From Acidobacteria bacterium 13_1_40CM_65_14 (lineage in GTDB: Bacteria; Acidobacteriota; Vicinamibacteria; Vicinamibacterales; CAVVIG01), in NCBI GenBank assembly GCA_001917905.1, contig MNEX01000282.1, forward strand, positions 1 to 50,310: DNA of 50,310 nt, written 5' to 3'. The notes beneath the pieces are model-generated. The model saw only the letters and a program-made list of their open reading frames with translations. It ran no database searches and was not told the origin of the DNA. Of the stretch, positions 27,368 to 36,356 are shown piece after piece; positions within the stretch are counted from its first letter, which is position 1; the number at the start of each line of letters is the position of its first letter. The translations under genes were made by a program, and so were the position numbers.

Positions 27368-27515
27368 CGCGTGGGGCCCCACCCCCACGCGCTGACGCGC
27401 GTCGCGGCGTAAACCGCTCGCGCGTATCTAGAACAGAATGTTGCTGAGGGCCTACCCCCACGTGCTGACGCGTCGCGGCGTAGACCGCTCGCGCGTATCC
27501 AGAACAGGACGTCGT
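27368..27515. repeat. Tandem pair of subfamily-A hairpin repeats
   Basis: Core at 27373-27386 and a degenerate second unit from about 27447. Both end in cgcgtatc.agaacag. Confidence 0.8.
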
Positions 27516-27609
27516 GGTGGGCGACGTCACTGCGACATCCGTGACCGTGGATCATCACACGAAAAACTCAGGCAGAGTACCATAACAAGATACTGAGCCG
27601 GAAAGACTT

Positions 27610-27762
27610 CTAGCGGACCGTCTCAGCTGAATCAGTACTAATCACAACAAGCCTTCAACCGCGGTCTTCGGGCCGCGACAATGCGGGGCCCCCACCGCGC
27701 ACGCCTGCGCGGTGGGGTGCGAGCGGAGCGGCCCGGTAGTCGTGCGAGGAGAGACGCCACTA
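27610..27762. mobile_element. Second (inverted) MITE copy with an extra internal hairpin
   Basis: Its reverse complement matches 15525-15637 at both ends. It carries an extra gcggggcccccaccgcgc..gcgcggtggggtgc at about 27683-27720. Confidence 0.72.
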
Positions 27763-27763
27763 A

Positions 27764-28897
27764 GTGCGGGTCCTGATTGATTACCGCCCCGCGCTGCGCG
27801 AGCGCAGCGGCGTTGGCGAGTACGCGCACCAGCTCGTGCGGGCGCTGCTGCGAACATTTCCGCCGAGCGCGACCGACGGCCTGCTCGATCTCACGCTCTT
27901 CTCGAGCTCGTGGAAAGATCGACTCCAGCCGCTGCCGGACATCGCTGGCGCGAGGGCGATCGATCGTCACGTCCCCGTACGCGTGCTCAACTTCGCGTGG
28001 CATCGCCTGCGGTGGCCGCCGGCGGAAGCGCTGGCCCGAGCGGAGTTCGACGTCACCCACGCGCTGCATCCGCTCGTGATGCCGGCGCGCCGCGCGGCGC
28101 AGGTGATCACGATCCACGATTTGAATTTCCTGACGCACCCCGAGCGGACGCGCGGTGAGATCCGCCGCGACTACGCGTCGCTTGTGCACGATCACGCACG
28201 CCGCGCGGATCGGGTCATCGTCGTCTCGCATTTCACGGCGACAGAGGTCCAGCGCCAGCTCGGCGTTCCCATCGATCGGATATCGGTGTGTCCGCCCGGC
28301 GCGCCCGACTGGACGCCGCGACTGGCGACGCCGGAGAACGGCTATGTGTTGTTCTTCGGCACGCTCGAGACGAGAAAGAACGTCGGCGGATTGCTCGACG
28401 CGTACGAGCGCCTCGTCGTCGCGCGAAGGCTTCAGCCGAGCGTTCCGGAACTGGTGCTCGCCGGAAAAGCCACCGACGCGGCGCAGCCGTGGCTCGATCG
28501 CATCAGGCACGGACCGCTCGCCGGTCGTGTGCGGCACATCGGCTACGTCGAGCCCGCGGATCGCCGCGCGCTGTACGAGGGCGCGCGGCTGCTCGTGCAG
28601 CCGTCGTTTGAAGAAGGCTTTGGCATCCCGGTGCTCGAAGCGATGACGCTCGGCGTGCCGGTGGTCGCCAGCCATCGTGGCGCGCTGCCGGAAGTCCTCG
28701 GTGACGCCGGGCTGCTGGTCGACCCGGCGGACGCGGAGGAGATGGCGAGCGCCATCCACCGCATGATCGACGACGACGCGTTCGCGGCAGCGTGCGGCGG
28801 TCAAGGGGTCCTGCGCTCGCGTCAGTTCACGTGGGAGCTCACGGCTCGGCGTGTGTTCGACGCGTATCAACAGGCGATCGATGCGCATCGGCATTGA
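27764..28897 (+). CDS. Glycosyltransferase family 4
   Basis: SGVGEY, TIHDL, GTLETRKN and EGFGIPVLEAM. Confidence 0.92.
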   Translation: MRVLIDYRPALRERSGVGEYAHQLVRALLRTFPPSATDGLLDLTLFSSSWKDRLQPLPDIAGARAIDRHVPVRVLNFAWHRLRWPPAEALARAEFDVTHALHPLVMPARRAAQVITIHDLNFLTHPERTRGEIRRDYASLVHDHARRADRVIVVSHFTATEVQRQLGVPIDRISVCPPGAPDWTPRLATPENGYVLFFGTLETRKNVGGLLDAYERLVVARRLQPSVPELVLAGKATDAAQPWLDRIRHGPLAGRVRHIGYVEPADRRALYEGARLLVQPSFEEGFGIPVLEAMTLGVPVVASHRGALPEVLGDAGLLVDPADAEEMASAIHRMIDDDAFAAACGGQGVLRSRQFTWELTARRVFDAYQQAIDAHRH

Positions 28898-30041
28898 CGC
28901 GCGCGAGCTGTCGGGCCGCGCGACCGGGGTCGGACGCTATCTCGCCGGCCTGCTGCGCGAATGGACCAACGGCGAACGAGCGCGATCGCATGAGTTCGTG
29001 CTGTATGCGCCGGAGCCGGTCGGCATCACGCTCGACGCGCACCGGTTCGCCACGCGAATCATTCCCGGAACGAGCGGCACGTGGTGGGAACAGATGCGGC
29101 TGCCGAGCGTCGCCGCCGCCGATCACCTGGATGTATTCTTCGCGCCCGCCTACACGGCGCCGCTGCGCCTCGACGTGCCGACGGTCGTGACCATCCACGA
29201 CCTGTCGTACGTCGCGCATCCCGAATGGTTTCGGCTGCGCGAAGGCGCGCGCCGGCGCTGGCTGACCCGCGCCACCGCCGCTCGCGCACGCGCCATCGTC
29301 ACGGTGTCGGAGTTCTCGAAGCGCGAGATTGTCGAGCGCCTCGGCGTGAGCGAGGCGAAGGTGCGAGTGGTGCCGCACGGCATCGACGCGCCGGCGGGCC
29401 TCGCCGAAGCTCGCGGAGATCGCGAGCGAGCGGAGGCGGGAAGCGCCGACCTGTCCGCCGTCGCGCGGAGCGCGGAGGCGGAAGGCGCGAAGGCGGGCGA
29501 TGCCGATCCGCGGCTTCTGTACGTCGGATCGATCTTCAATCGCCGGCGGGTGCCCGATCTGATTCGCGCGGTCGCGGCGCTCGCGCGCCGGCGGTCCGGC
29601 ATCTCGCTCGATCTGGTCGGCGACAACCGGACGTTTCCGCCGCAGGACATCGACCGCGCGATCGCAAACCATGGCATGACGGGCCGCGTCCGCTGGCATC
29701 GCTACGCGACCGAGGAGGCGCTTCGCGATTTGTACGCGCGCGCCCGCGCGTTCGCCTTTCTGTCGGAGTATGAAGGCCTCGGCATGACGCCGCTCGAAGC
29801 GCTCGCCGTTGGGATCCCGCCGGTGGTCCTCGATACGCCGGCCGCGCGCGAGAGCCTCGAGGACGCGGCGATGTACGTTCCGATCAATGGCGACGTGCCC
29901 GCCGTCGCGCTGGCGCTCGAGACGGCGCTGTTCGACGAGCGGGCGCGTGCGCGCGTGCTCGGCGCGGCGCCGGCGGCGCTGGCGAAATACGAGTGGCCGC
30001 ACGCGGCGCGTGAGACGTTGGCGGTTTTGGAGCGCGCGTGA
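28881..30041 (+). CDS. Glycosyltransferase family 4
   Basis: MRIGIDARE, TGVGRY, TIHDL and EGLGMTPLEA. Carries a low-complexity insert at about 29391-29500. Confidence 0.9.
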   Translation: MRIGIDARELSGRATGVGRYLAGLLREWTNGERARSHEFVLYAPEPVGITLDAHRFATRIIPGTSGTWWEQMRLPSVAAADHLDVFFAPAYTAPLRLDVPTVVTIHDLSYVAHPEWFRLREGARRRWLTRATAARARAIVTVSEFSKREIVERLGVSEAKVRVVPHGIDAPAGLAEARGDRERAEAGSADLSAVARSAEAEGAKAGDADPRLLYVGSIFNRRRVPDLIRAVAALARRRSGISLDLVGDNRTFPPQDIDRAIANHGMTGRVRWHRYATEEALRDLYARARAFAFLSEYEGLGMTPLEALAVGIPPVVLDTPAARESLEDAAMYVPINGDVPAVALALETALFDERARARVLGAAPAALAKYEWPHAARETLAVLERA

Positions 30042-30823
30042 TCGACGTCTCCATCGTCATCGTGAGCTACAACGCACGACCCGATCTCGAGCGCTGCCTC
30101 GAATCGCTGCACGCGTCGCCCCCTTCCGCCAGCCACGAGATCATCCTCGTCGACAACCAGTCGAGCGACGGGAGCGCCGAAGCGGCGGCTCGGTGGCCGG
30201 ACGTACGCGTCATCCAGAGCGGCGCGAATCTTGGATTCGCACGCGCGACGAACATCGGCATCCGCGCGAGCAGCGGGAGAGATTTGCTGCTGTTGAACAG
30301 CGACACGGTCGTCCCCGCGGGGGCCGTCGATCGCCTGCTCGCGGAGCTTCACCGCGATCCTGGCGTCGCCGTGGTCGGCCCGCGCCTGGTCGACGCCACT
30401 GGCCGCGCCGAGCTGTCGTACGGACGGATGATCGGTCCGTTCAACGAGCTGCGACAGAAGGTCCGCAACCAGCGTCCCGCGCTCGTCGATCGACTCACAC
30501 GCCGCCGCCACTCGCCCGACTGGGTGAGCGGTGCGTGTCTCCTCGTGCGGCGGATGGACGCAGAGGCAGTCGGGCTGCTCGACGAGCGCTTCTTCATGTA
30601 CGCGGAGGACGTCGACTTCTGCGCGGCAATCAAGGCACGTGGACGCCGCATTGTGTTTACGCCTGAGGTCGAGGTCGTGCATCTGCGCGGCCGATCGGTG
30701 GCCAGCGCGCCGGCGGCGACCGAGACCGCCTATCGCCGTAGTCAGGTGGCGTTCTACGAAAAGCACCGGCCCGGTTGGGTGCCGCTGTTGAAGCTGTACC
30801 TCAAGCTGCGCGGGCAGGCCTAA
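30038..30823 (+). CDS. Glycosyltransferase family 2
   Basis: IVIVSYN, VDNQSSDGS, LLLNSD, WVSGACL and FFMYAEDVD. Confidence 0.93.
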   Translation: MIDVSIVIVSYNARPDLERCLESLHASPPSASHEIILVDNQSSDGSAEAAARWPDVRVIQSGANLGFARATNIGIRASSGRDLLLLNSDTVVPAGAVDRLLAELHRDPGVAVVGPRLVDATGRAELSYGRMIGPFNELRQKVRNQRPALVDRLTRRRHSPDWVSGACLLVRRMDAEAVGLLDERFFMYAEDVDFCAAIKARGRRIVFTPEVEVVHLRGRSVASAPAATETAYRRSQVAFYEKHRPGWVPLLKLYLKLRGQA

Positions 30824-30854
30824 AAGCCCTGTGCTCGGGGTGTATAGCGTTGCC

Positions 30855-30935
30855 AAATTACCTCGCCACCACAGAGCACGATTTTTCCTCCGCGTCCCCC
30901 GTGCCCTCCGTGGTGGAGAGCTTAATTCTGCGATG
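30855..30935. repeat. Second copy of the palindromic MITE-like repeat
   Basis: aaattacctcgccaccacag...ccctccgtggtggagagcttaattctgc. Confidence 0.75.
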
Positions 30936-31035
30936 TGCGCTGTCAGGGCTGCCGGGCGCCCGCTCTCAAGAGCGTCGCGACTTCAGCCGATAGCAGTACA
31001 ACTGGGTATTTCCCTGCCCAGCTCAGGATTCTGAA

Positions 31036-32481
31036 ATGGTCGACCTATCGTCTTCCCCCGCGTTCAGCTGGAAGTGTCCGGCGTGCGGCCGCCGCGTGCC
31101 GTCGAAGGTGCCGACCTGCAGGTGCGGCCATGAGCTGGACGCCGACCAAGCCGCTCGGTTGAGTGCGCCGCCCGTCGAAGACGCTGTCGCCACGCCGGAA
31201 CCCGGCGAAAACAACATCGCCGGAACCGTGGTCGCCGTGATCATGGCGCTGGTCGCGATCGGTGGCGCGGTCTATTGGATGAACAGCCACCGTAGAGATA
31301 CCGTCACCTCCGAGGTTGCGATCCCCGTTGGGGTCGATCCAGACGACGATCGCAAGGTGCCGCGGCCGGCTCGCGTTGTGAACGTTGAAGCGGCGGCCCA
31401 ACCGGCCGCGCAGCCGGCGTCCGCGCCGATACTCGTCGTCCCGGCTGCGACGCCTGCTCCGGTGCCGATGCCCACACCGCCACCGATGCCCGCAACCGGC
31501 GCGTCGCTCGAGGACATCATCGGAAGCGCCATGCTGGCGGTCGTCCGTGTTGAAACGAGTGGGGGTTCCGGATCCGGCTTCTTCATCAAGCCCGACACGA
31601 TTCTCACCAACGTGCACGTGGTCGGCAGCAATCTCTTGGTGACCATTCGCCGCCAGGACGGCAACACGCAGTCAGCGCGGGTCGAGACGACGGCGCCGGA
31701 GCTCGACATCGCGGTGCTGCGCATCTCGAGCGCGGACGGGAATCAGCCGACGCTGCGGCTCGGGTCCGTCACGCAGGCGCGTCCGGGTCAGGAAGTGATG
31801 GCGCTTGGCTCGCCGCTCGGTCTGCAGAACACCGTGACGCGCGGCATCGTGAGTGCGGTGCGGCAAGTGGGCGCGCTGACGCTCGTGCAGACCGACGCCG
31901 CGATCAATCCGGGCAACAGCGGCGGTCCGCTGCTCGGACGCCACGGCGACGTGATCGGGATCACGACCATGGGCATTGGATCGGCGGTCGCCCAGGGACT
32001 GTCGTTCGCCGTTGCGATCGATCATGCGCAGGCGCTCCTGGCCGGCCAGCGGCCGGCGAACGCCACCGGCACACCGCTCACGACGCTGAATCAGGCGATG
32101 AACGCGCAGTCGTTCTCGTCGGACAGCGATACGCGGCGCTCGCAGGGGACACAGACCTATCAGCGGACGATCGGGGCGATCGCGCGCAGAGCCGACGAGC
32201 TCGACGGCCGCTGGATCACGTTCAAGAAGTCGTGCTACGACGGCCGCGTCGTGGGCGCGTTCGAGCGCGAGTGGTTCGCGCTCTGGGAGGCGCGCGCGAT
32301 GCCGGGGCTCGTGTCGCCCGCGTGCGGCGCGATCTTCACCGATGTTCGCCGCATCGCCGACGACATCCGCGCCGCCGTGATCGCCGCTGAAGAAGCGGCG
32401 CGGCAGGCGGACGTGTACCCGGGCACGCGGCGCGATGTGCTCCGCACCTATCACCTCGACTACTCTGGTTGGGGACGCTAG
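31036..32481 (+). CDS. Membrane-anchored trypsin-like (S1C-type) serine protease with a putative N-terminal Zn-ribbon
   Basis: CPAC..CRCGH, one TM helix, a Pro-rich linker, the TNVHVV / LDIAVL / GNSGG triad and a helical C-terminal domain with no PDZ. Confidence 0.88.
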   Translation: MVDLSSSPAFSWKCPACGRRVPSKVPTCRCGHELDADQAARLSAPPVEDAVATPEPGENNIAGTVVAVIMALVAIGGAVYWMNSHRRDTVTSEVAIPVGVDPDDDRKVPRPARVVNVEAAAQPAAQPASAPILVVPAATPAPVPMPTPPPMPATGASLEDIIGSAMLAVVRVETSGGSGSGFFIKPDTILTNVHVVGSNLLVTIRRQDGNTQSARVETTAPELDIAVLRISSADGNQPTLRLGSVTQARPGQEVMALGSPLGLQNTVTRGIVSAVRQVGALTLVQTDAAINPGNSGGPLLGRHGDVIGITTMGIGSAVAQGLSFAVAIDHAQALLAGQRPANATGTPLTTLNQAMNAQSFSSDSDTRRSQGTQTYQRTIGAIARRADELDGRWITFKKSCYDGRVVGAFEREWFALWEARAMPGLVSPACGAIFTDVRRIADDIRAAVIAAEEAARQADVYPGTRRDVLRTYHLDYSGWGR

Positions 32482-32603
32482 GGCAGGATAGGCGGGATAG
32501 GCAAGATAGGCAGGATGGGCGGGATGGGAGGCAGGAAGGTCTTGCCAATCGCCCATGCTGCCACCGGGCCTGCCCATCCCGCCCTTCCTGCCCACCCCGC
32601 CCT
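32482..32603. repeat. Nonamer repeats (GGCRRGATR)n with inverted copies (hairpin)
   Basis: ggcaggataggcgggataggcaagataggcaggatgggcgggatgg ... cctgcccatcccgcccttcctgcccaccccgccc. Confidence 0.8.
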
Positions 32604-32620
32604 TGATATCATCGCCACCG

Positions 32621-33733
32621 GTGCGCATAGGGATCGACGCACGAAAGCTCCACGACTTCGGCATCGGCACTTACATCCGAAACCTGCTGCGGCAGCTCGC
32701 GCGGCTCGACCGCGAGACCGAGTTCGTGGTGTTCTGCCGTCCCGACGATCGTGAGGCGCTGACGTCGCTCGGCGAGAACTTCCGGCCGGTCCCCGAGCGC
32801 TCCGCCAACTACTCGGTCGCCGAGCAGCTGTCGATTCCCCTCGCGCTGCGGCGTGAAGGCATCACGCTGTTTCACGCGCCGCACTACGTCCTGCCGCCGC
32901 TCGTGCGCTGCCGATCGGTCGTCACGATCCACGACTGCATCCATCTGATGTTTCCGCAGTATCTGCCCAGCCGTCTCGCGCTGCAGTACGCGCGCACGTC
33001 GATTGCGCTGGCGGCGCGCCGGGCCGCCCGGGTCATGACCGTCTCGGAGAGCTCGAAGCGCGACATCCTGCGGTTCGTCGACGTGAAGCCGGAGAAGATC
33101 GACGTGATCTACAACGCGTACGACGAGCGATTCACCATCGAGCCGCGCGAGGAAGACGTCGTGCGCGTCCGCGAGCGCTATCAGCTGCACGACGAGTTCG
33201 TGCTCTACGCCGGCAACGTCAAGCCGCACAAAAACCTCGAGCGGCTGATCGACGCGTTCGATCTGGTACGCAAGCGCGGCCTGGATCATCTGAAGCTCGT
33301 GATGATCGGCGACGACATCTCGAAGTACACCGCGCTGCGCCGGGCCGTGCACCAGCATCAGCTGCACAAGTACGTCCGCTTCCTCGGCTATCTGCCGGAA
33401 GAGACGCTCGCGGTGATGTACCGGCTCGCCGGTGTGTTCGTGTTCCCGTCGCTCTACGAAGGCTTCGGCCTGCCGCCCCTCGAGGCGATGGCGAGCGGCA
33501 CGCCGGTCGTCACGTCGAACGTGTCGTCGCTGCCCGAGGTGGCGGGCGACGCCGCGGTGCTGGTCGATCCGTACGACGCGCTCTCGATTGCCGACGGCAT
33601 CCATCGCGTGCTGACCGACGAGACGCTGCGCCGCGATCTCCGCAAGAAGGGCGTCGCGCGCGCCGGCATGTTTTCGTGGGAAGCGTCGGTCCGGCGCGTC
33701 CACAAGATCTACATGCAGATCGCGAAACAATGA
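32621..33733 (+). CDS. Glycosyltransferase family 4
   Basis: (M)RIGIDARK..FGIGTY, TIHD, KPHKN and EGFGLPPLEAM. Start trimmed to GTG 32621. Confidence 0.93.
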   Translation: MRIGIDARKLHDFGIGTYIRNLLRQLARLDRETEFVVFCRPDDREALTSLGENFRPVPERSANYSVAEQLSIPLALRREGITLFHAPHYVLPPLVRCRSVVTIHDCIHLMFPQYLPSRLALQYARTSIALAARRAARVMTVSESSKRDILRFVDVKPEKIDVIYNAYDERFTIEPREEDVVRVRERYQLHDEFVLYAGNVKPHKNLERLIDAFDLVRKRGLDHLKLVMIGDDISKYTALRRAVHQHQLHKYVRFLGYLPEETLAVMYRLAGVFVFPSLYEGFGLPPLEAMASGTPVVTSNVSSLPEVAGDAAVLVDPYDALSIADGIHRVLTDETLRRDLRKKGVARAGMFSWEASVRRVHKIYMQIAKQ

Positions 33734-33737
33734 ACAC

Positions 33738-33809
33738 AGCGTTCTGTTCTAGATACACGCGAGCGCCACGGCGCGAGCGTGTCAGGCGTGGGGGTGGGGC
33801 CCCACGCCC
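33738..33809. repeat. Subfamily-A hairpin repeat (reverse orientation)
   Basis: GGGGGTGGGGCCCC at 33790-33803. The tail matches 1055-1103 in reverse. Confidence 0.85.
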
Positions 33810-33816
33810 ATAACAA

Positions 33817-34923
33817 ATGAGCGTCGCCCTCGTCCACGACTGGCTGACCGGCATGCGCGGCGGCGAGCGCGTGCTCGAAGCCCTCTGCGAGCGCTATCCC
33901 GAGGCCGAATTGTTCACGCTGCTCCACGTCCCCGGATCGGTGACGCCGTCCATCGAGCAGCGGCCGATTCACACCTCAGCGCTGCAGTACTTGCCCGGCA
34001 TCCGCCACTACTACCGTGAATGCCTTCCGCTGTTTCCGGTGCTCGTCGAGCAATTCGATCTGGAACGGTTCGACCTCGTCATCAGCAGCAGCCACTGCGT
34101 TGCCAAGTCTGTGCTGACGCGGTCCGATGCGCTGCACATCTGCTACTGCCACACGCCGATGCGCTACGCGTGGGATCAGTTCGGCGCGTACTTCGGCGCG
34201 GATCGGATCGGATGGGCTGCGAGCCGGCTGATGCGGTCGGTGATGGCGCGTCTGGCGCGATGGGATCGCGCCACGTCGGACCGCGTCGACCGCTATGTGA
34301 CGAACTCACAGCATGTTGCCCGCCGGATCCGGACGTACTATAATCGCGACGCGATTGTGGTCTATCCGCCTGTCGACACCGATTTTTTTCATCCCGACGC
34401 GGCCGTGCCCGAGCGATACGCGCTGGTCGTGTCGGCGCTGGTCCCCTACAAGCGAATCGACGTGGCGATCGAGGCATGCCGTCGCGCGCGCCTGCCGCTG
34501 AAGATCGTCGGCAAGGGACCGGATCGCGCGCGCCTCGAGCGCGCGGCGCGCGCGAACGGCCCGGGCAGCGACGTCGAGTTCCTCGGCCGCGTCCCTGACG
34601 ATCGGCTCCGCGATCTCTATCGCCGCGCGTGGCTGACGTTGATGACCGGCGAAGAGGATTTCGGGATCGCGCCGGTCGAAGCCCAGGCGTGCGGACGGCC
34701 GGTCGTCGCGCTCGCCCGCGGCGGCGCGCTCGAGACCGTCATCCCCGGCGAGACGGGCGTGCTCGTCGACGAGCTCACCCCGTCAGCGTTTGCCGACGCC
34801 GTCGCGCAGGCGCTCGAGGCGCGATTCGATTCGGCCGCAATCCGGCGCCACGCGGAACAATTCGGACGCCAACGCTTCCGCAAGGACATGGCCGCGGTGA
34901 TCGAAGAGACCGCTGCATGCTGA
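33817..34923 (+). CDS. Glycosyltransferase family 4
   Basis: VALVHDWLTGMRGGERVL, CHTPMRY and EEDFGIAPVEAQACG. Confidence 0.93.
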   Translation: MSVALVHDWLTGMRGGERVLEALCERYPEAELFTLLHVPGSVTPSIEQRPIHTSALQYLPGIRHYYRECLPLFPVLVEQFDLERFDLVISSSHCVAKSVLTRSDALHICYCHTPMRYAWDQFGAYFGADRIGWAASRLMRSVMARLARWDRATSDRVDRYVTNSQHVARRIRTYYNRDAIVVYPPVDTDFFHPDAAVPERYALVVSALVPYKRIDVAIEACRRARLPLKIVGKGPDRARLERAARANGPGSDVEFLGRVPDDRLRDLYRRAWLTLMTGEEDFGIAPVEAQACGRPVVALARGGALETVIPGETGVLVDELTPSAFADAVAQALEARFDSAAIRRHAEQFGRQRFRKDMAAVIEETAAC

Positions 34924-36356
34924 ACCGTCACAACCGGCTGCTCGTGACGGTTCACGTGCTGTCGGATTCGCTGCTCGCGGTCACCGCGTTTCTCCTCACC
35001 TACTATCTCCGGTTCCACACGGGACTCATTCCCGCGCCGAAGGGCATTCCCCCGCTGGAGCAGTACATCAACCTGTTGCCCTTCATCGCGGTGCTCGTGC
35101 CGGTCGGCTTCCAGTTGCAGGGACTCTATCGGCTGCGGCGCGGCCGCTCGCGCGTCGACGATTTCTTCGCGGTCTTGGTCGGCAGCATCCTCGCCGTCGT
35201 GTTCGGGATCGTCGCGACGATATACGTCGAGATCTATTTCGCGACGCCGGCCGCACGCGATCGCGGCGCGTTCGAAGTGTCACAGGCCGCCTGGGCGATC
35301 TTCCTCGTCCTGAACGTCGCGCTCACGTTCACGTCGCGCGAAGTCGTGCGCGAAGCGCTGGAGCGCCGCTGGCGCGCGGGCATCGGGCTCAAACGGATTC
35401 TGATCGCCGGATCCGGCGAGCTGGGCCGCCTCGTCGCCGACAAGATTCTCGAACATCGAGAGCTCGGGTACCAGATCGTCGGCTTCGTCGACGATCGCGC
35501 GTCGGGCGATCACCTCGGCTACCGTGGTCTGCCGCTCCTCGGCACCATCGACGATGCGGCGGACATCTGTCAGCGGGAGTCGGTGGATCATCTCTACGTC
35601 GCGCTGCCGCCCGAGCAGCACGTCCGCATGCTGCAGCTCATCGACAGCACCAGCCGCGAGTTCGTCGACGTCAAGGTCGTGCCCGATCTGTTGCAGGTCA
35701 TCGCGCTGCGCGCGCGGCTCGAGGATCTCGACGGCATCCCCGTCATCAACATCAACGACGTTCCGCTGCAGGGCTTCAACAGCATCGTCAAGCGCGCGAT
35801 CGATATCGCGATCTCGTTCGTCGCCCTCGTCGCGCTCACCATTCCCTTCAGCGTCATCGCGGCGCTCATCAAGCTCACGTCGCGCGGACCGGTGTTCTAC
35901 CGCCAGCTACGCATGGGGCTCGACGGCTCGCCGTTCATGATCTACAAGTTCCGCTCGATGTACGACGATGCGGAGGCCGACACCGGACCGGTGTTCGCGA
36001 GCGATCAGGATCCGCGGCGTACGCCGGTCGGCAGGGTGCTCCGCCAGTCGAACGTCGACGAGCTGCCGCAGTTCTGGAACGTGCTGCGCGGCGAGATGTC
36101 GATTGTCGGTCCGCGTCCAGAGCGGCCGAACTTCGTCGCTGAGTTCAAGCACAAGATCCCGCAGTACATGCTGCGCCACAAGGTGAAGGCCGGCATCACG
36201 GGCTGGGCGCAGGTCAACGGCTGGCGCGGGAACACGTCGATTGAAAAGCGGATCGAGTACGACCTGTACTACATCGAGAACTGGTCGGTGCGGCTCGACC
36301 TGAAGATCATGTGGCTCACGCTCCTGCGAGGCTTCTTTCATAAGCCTGCGTACTGA
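34917..36356 (+). CDS. Undecaprenyl-phosphate sugar-1-phosphate transferase (WcaJ-like)
   Basis: N-terminal TMs, a Rossmann-like middle region, KRAID, KFRSM, DELPQ, GPRPE and GITGWAQV. Start trimmed to ATG 34917. Confidence 0.94.
   Translation: MLNRHNRLLVTVHVLSDSLLAVTAFLLTYYLRFHTGLIPAPKGIPPLEQYINLLPFIAVLVPVGFQLQGLYRLRRGRSRVDDFFAVLVGSILAVVFGIVATIYVEIYFATPAARDRGAFEVSQAAWAIFLVLNVALTFTSREVVREALERRWRAGIGLKRILIAGSGELGRLVADKILEHRELGYQIVGFVDDRASGDHLGYRGLPLLGTIDDAADICQRESVDHLYVALPPEQHVRMLQLIDSTSREFVDVKVVPDLLQVIALRARLEDLDGIPVININDVPLQGFNSIVKRAIDIAISFVALVALTIPFSVIAALIKLTSRGPVFYRQLRMGLDGSPFMIYKFRSMYDDAEADTGPVFASDQDPRRTPVGRVLRQSNVDELPQFWNVLRGEMSIVGPRPERPNFVAEFKHKIPQYMLRHKVKAGITGWAQVNGWRGNTSIEKRIEYDLYYIENWSVRLDLKIMWLTLLRGFFHKPAY

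Noticed and set aside
21255-27388. N-terminal extensions on rpoZ, yicC and ugd in the ORF track (e.g. WGWGPT, GGGAPAP)
   Set aside because: They are translations of intergenic hairpin repeats. The conserved protein starts lie downstream.
15525-27762. Composite transposon bounded by the two MITE copies
   Set aside because: No transposase, and the enclosed genes are core housekeeping genes in conventional order.
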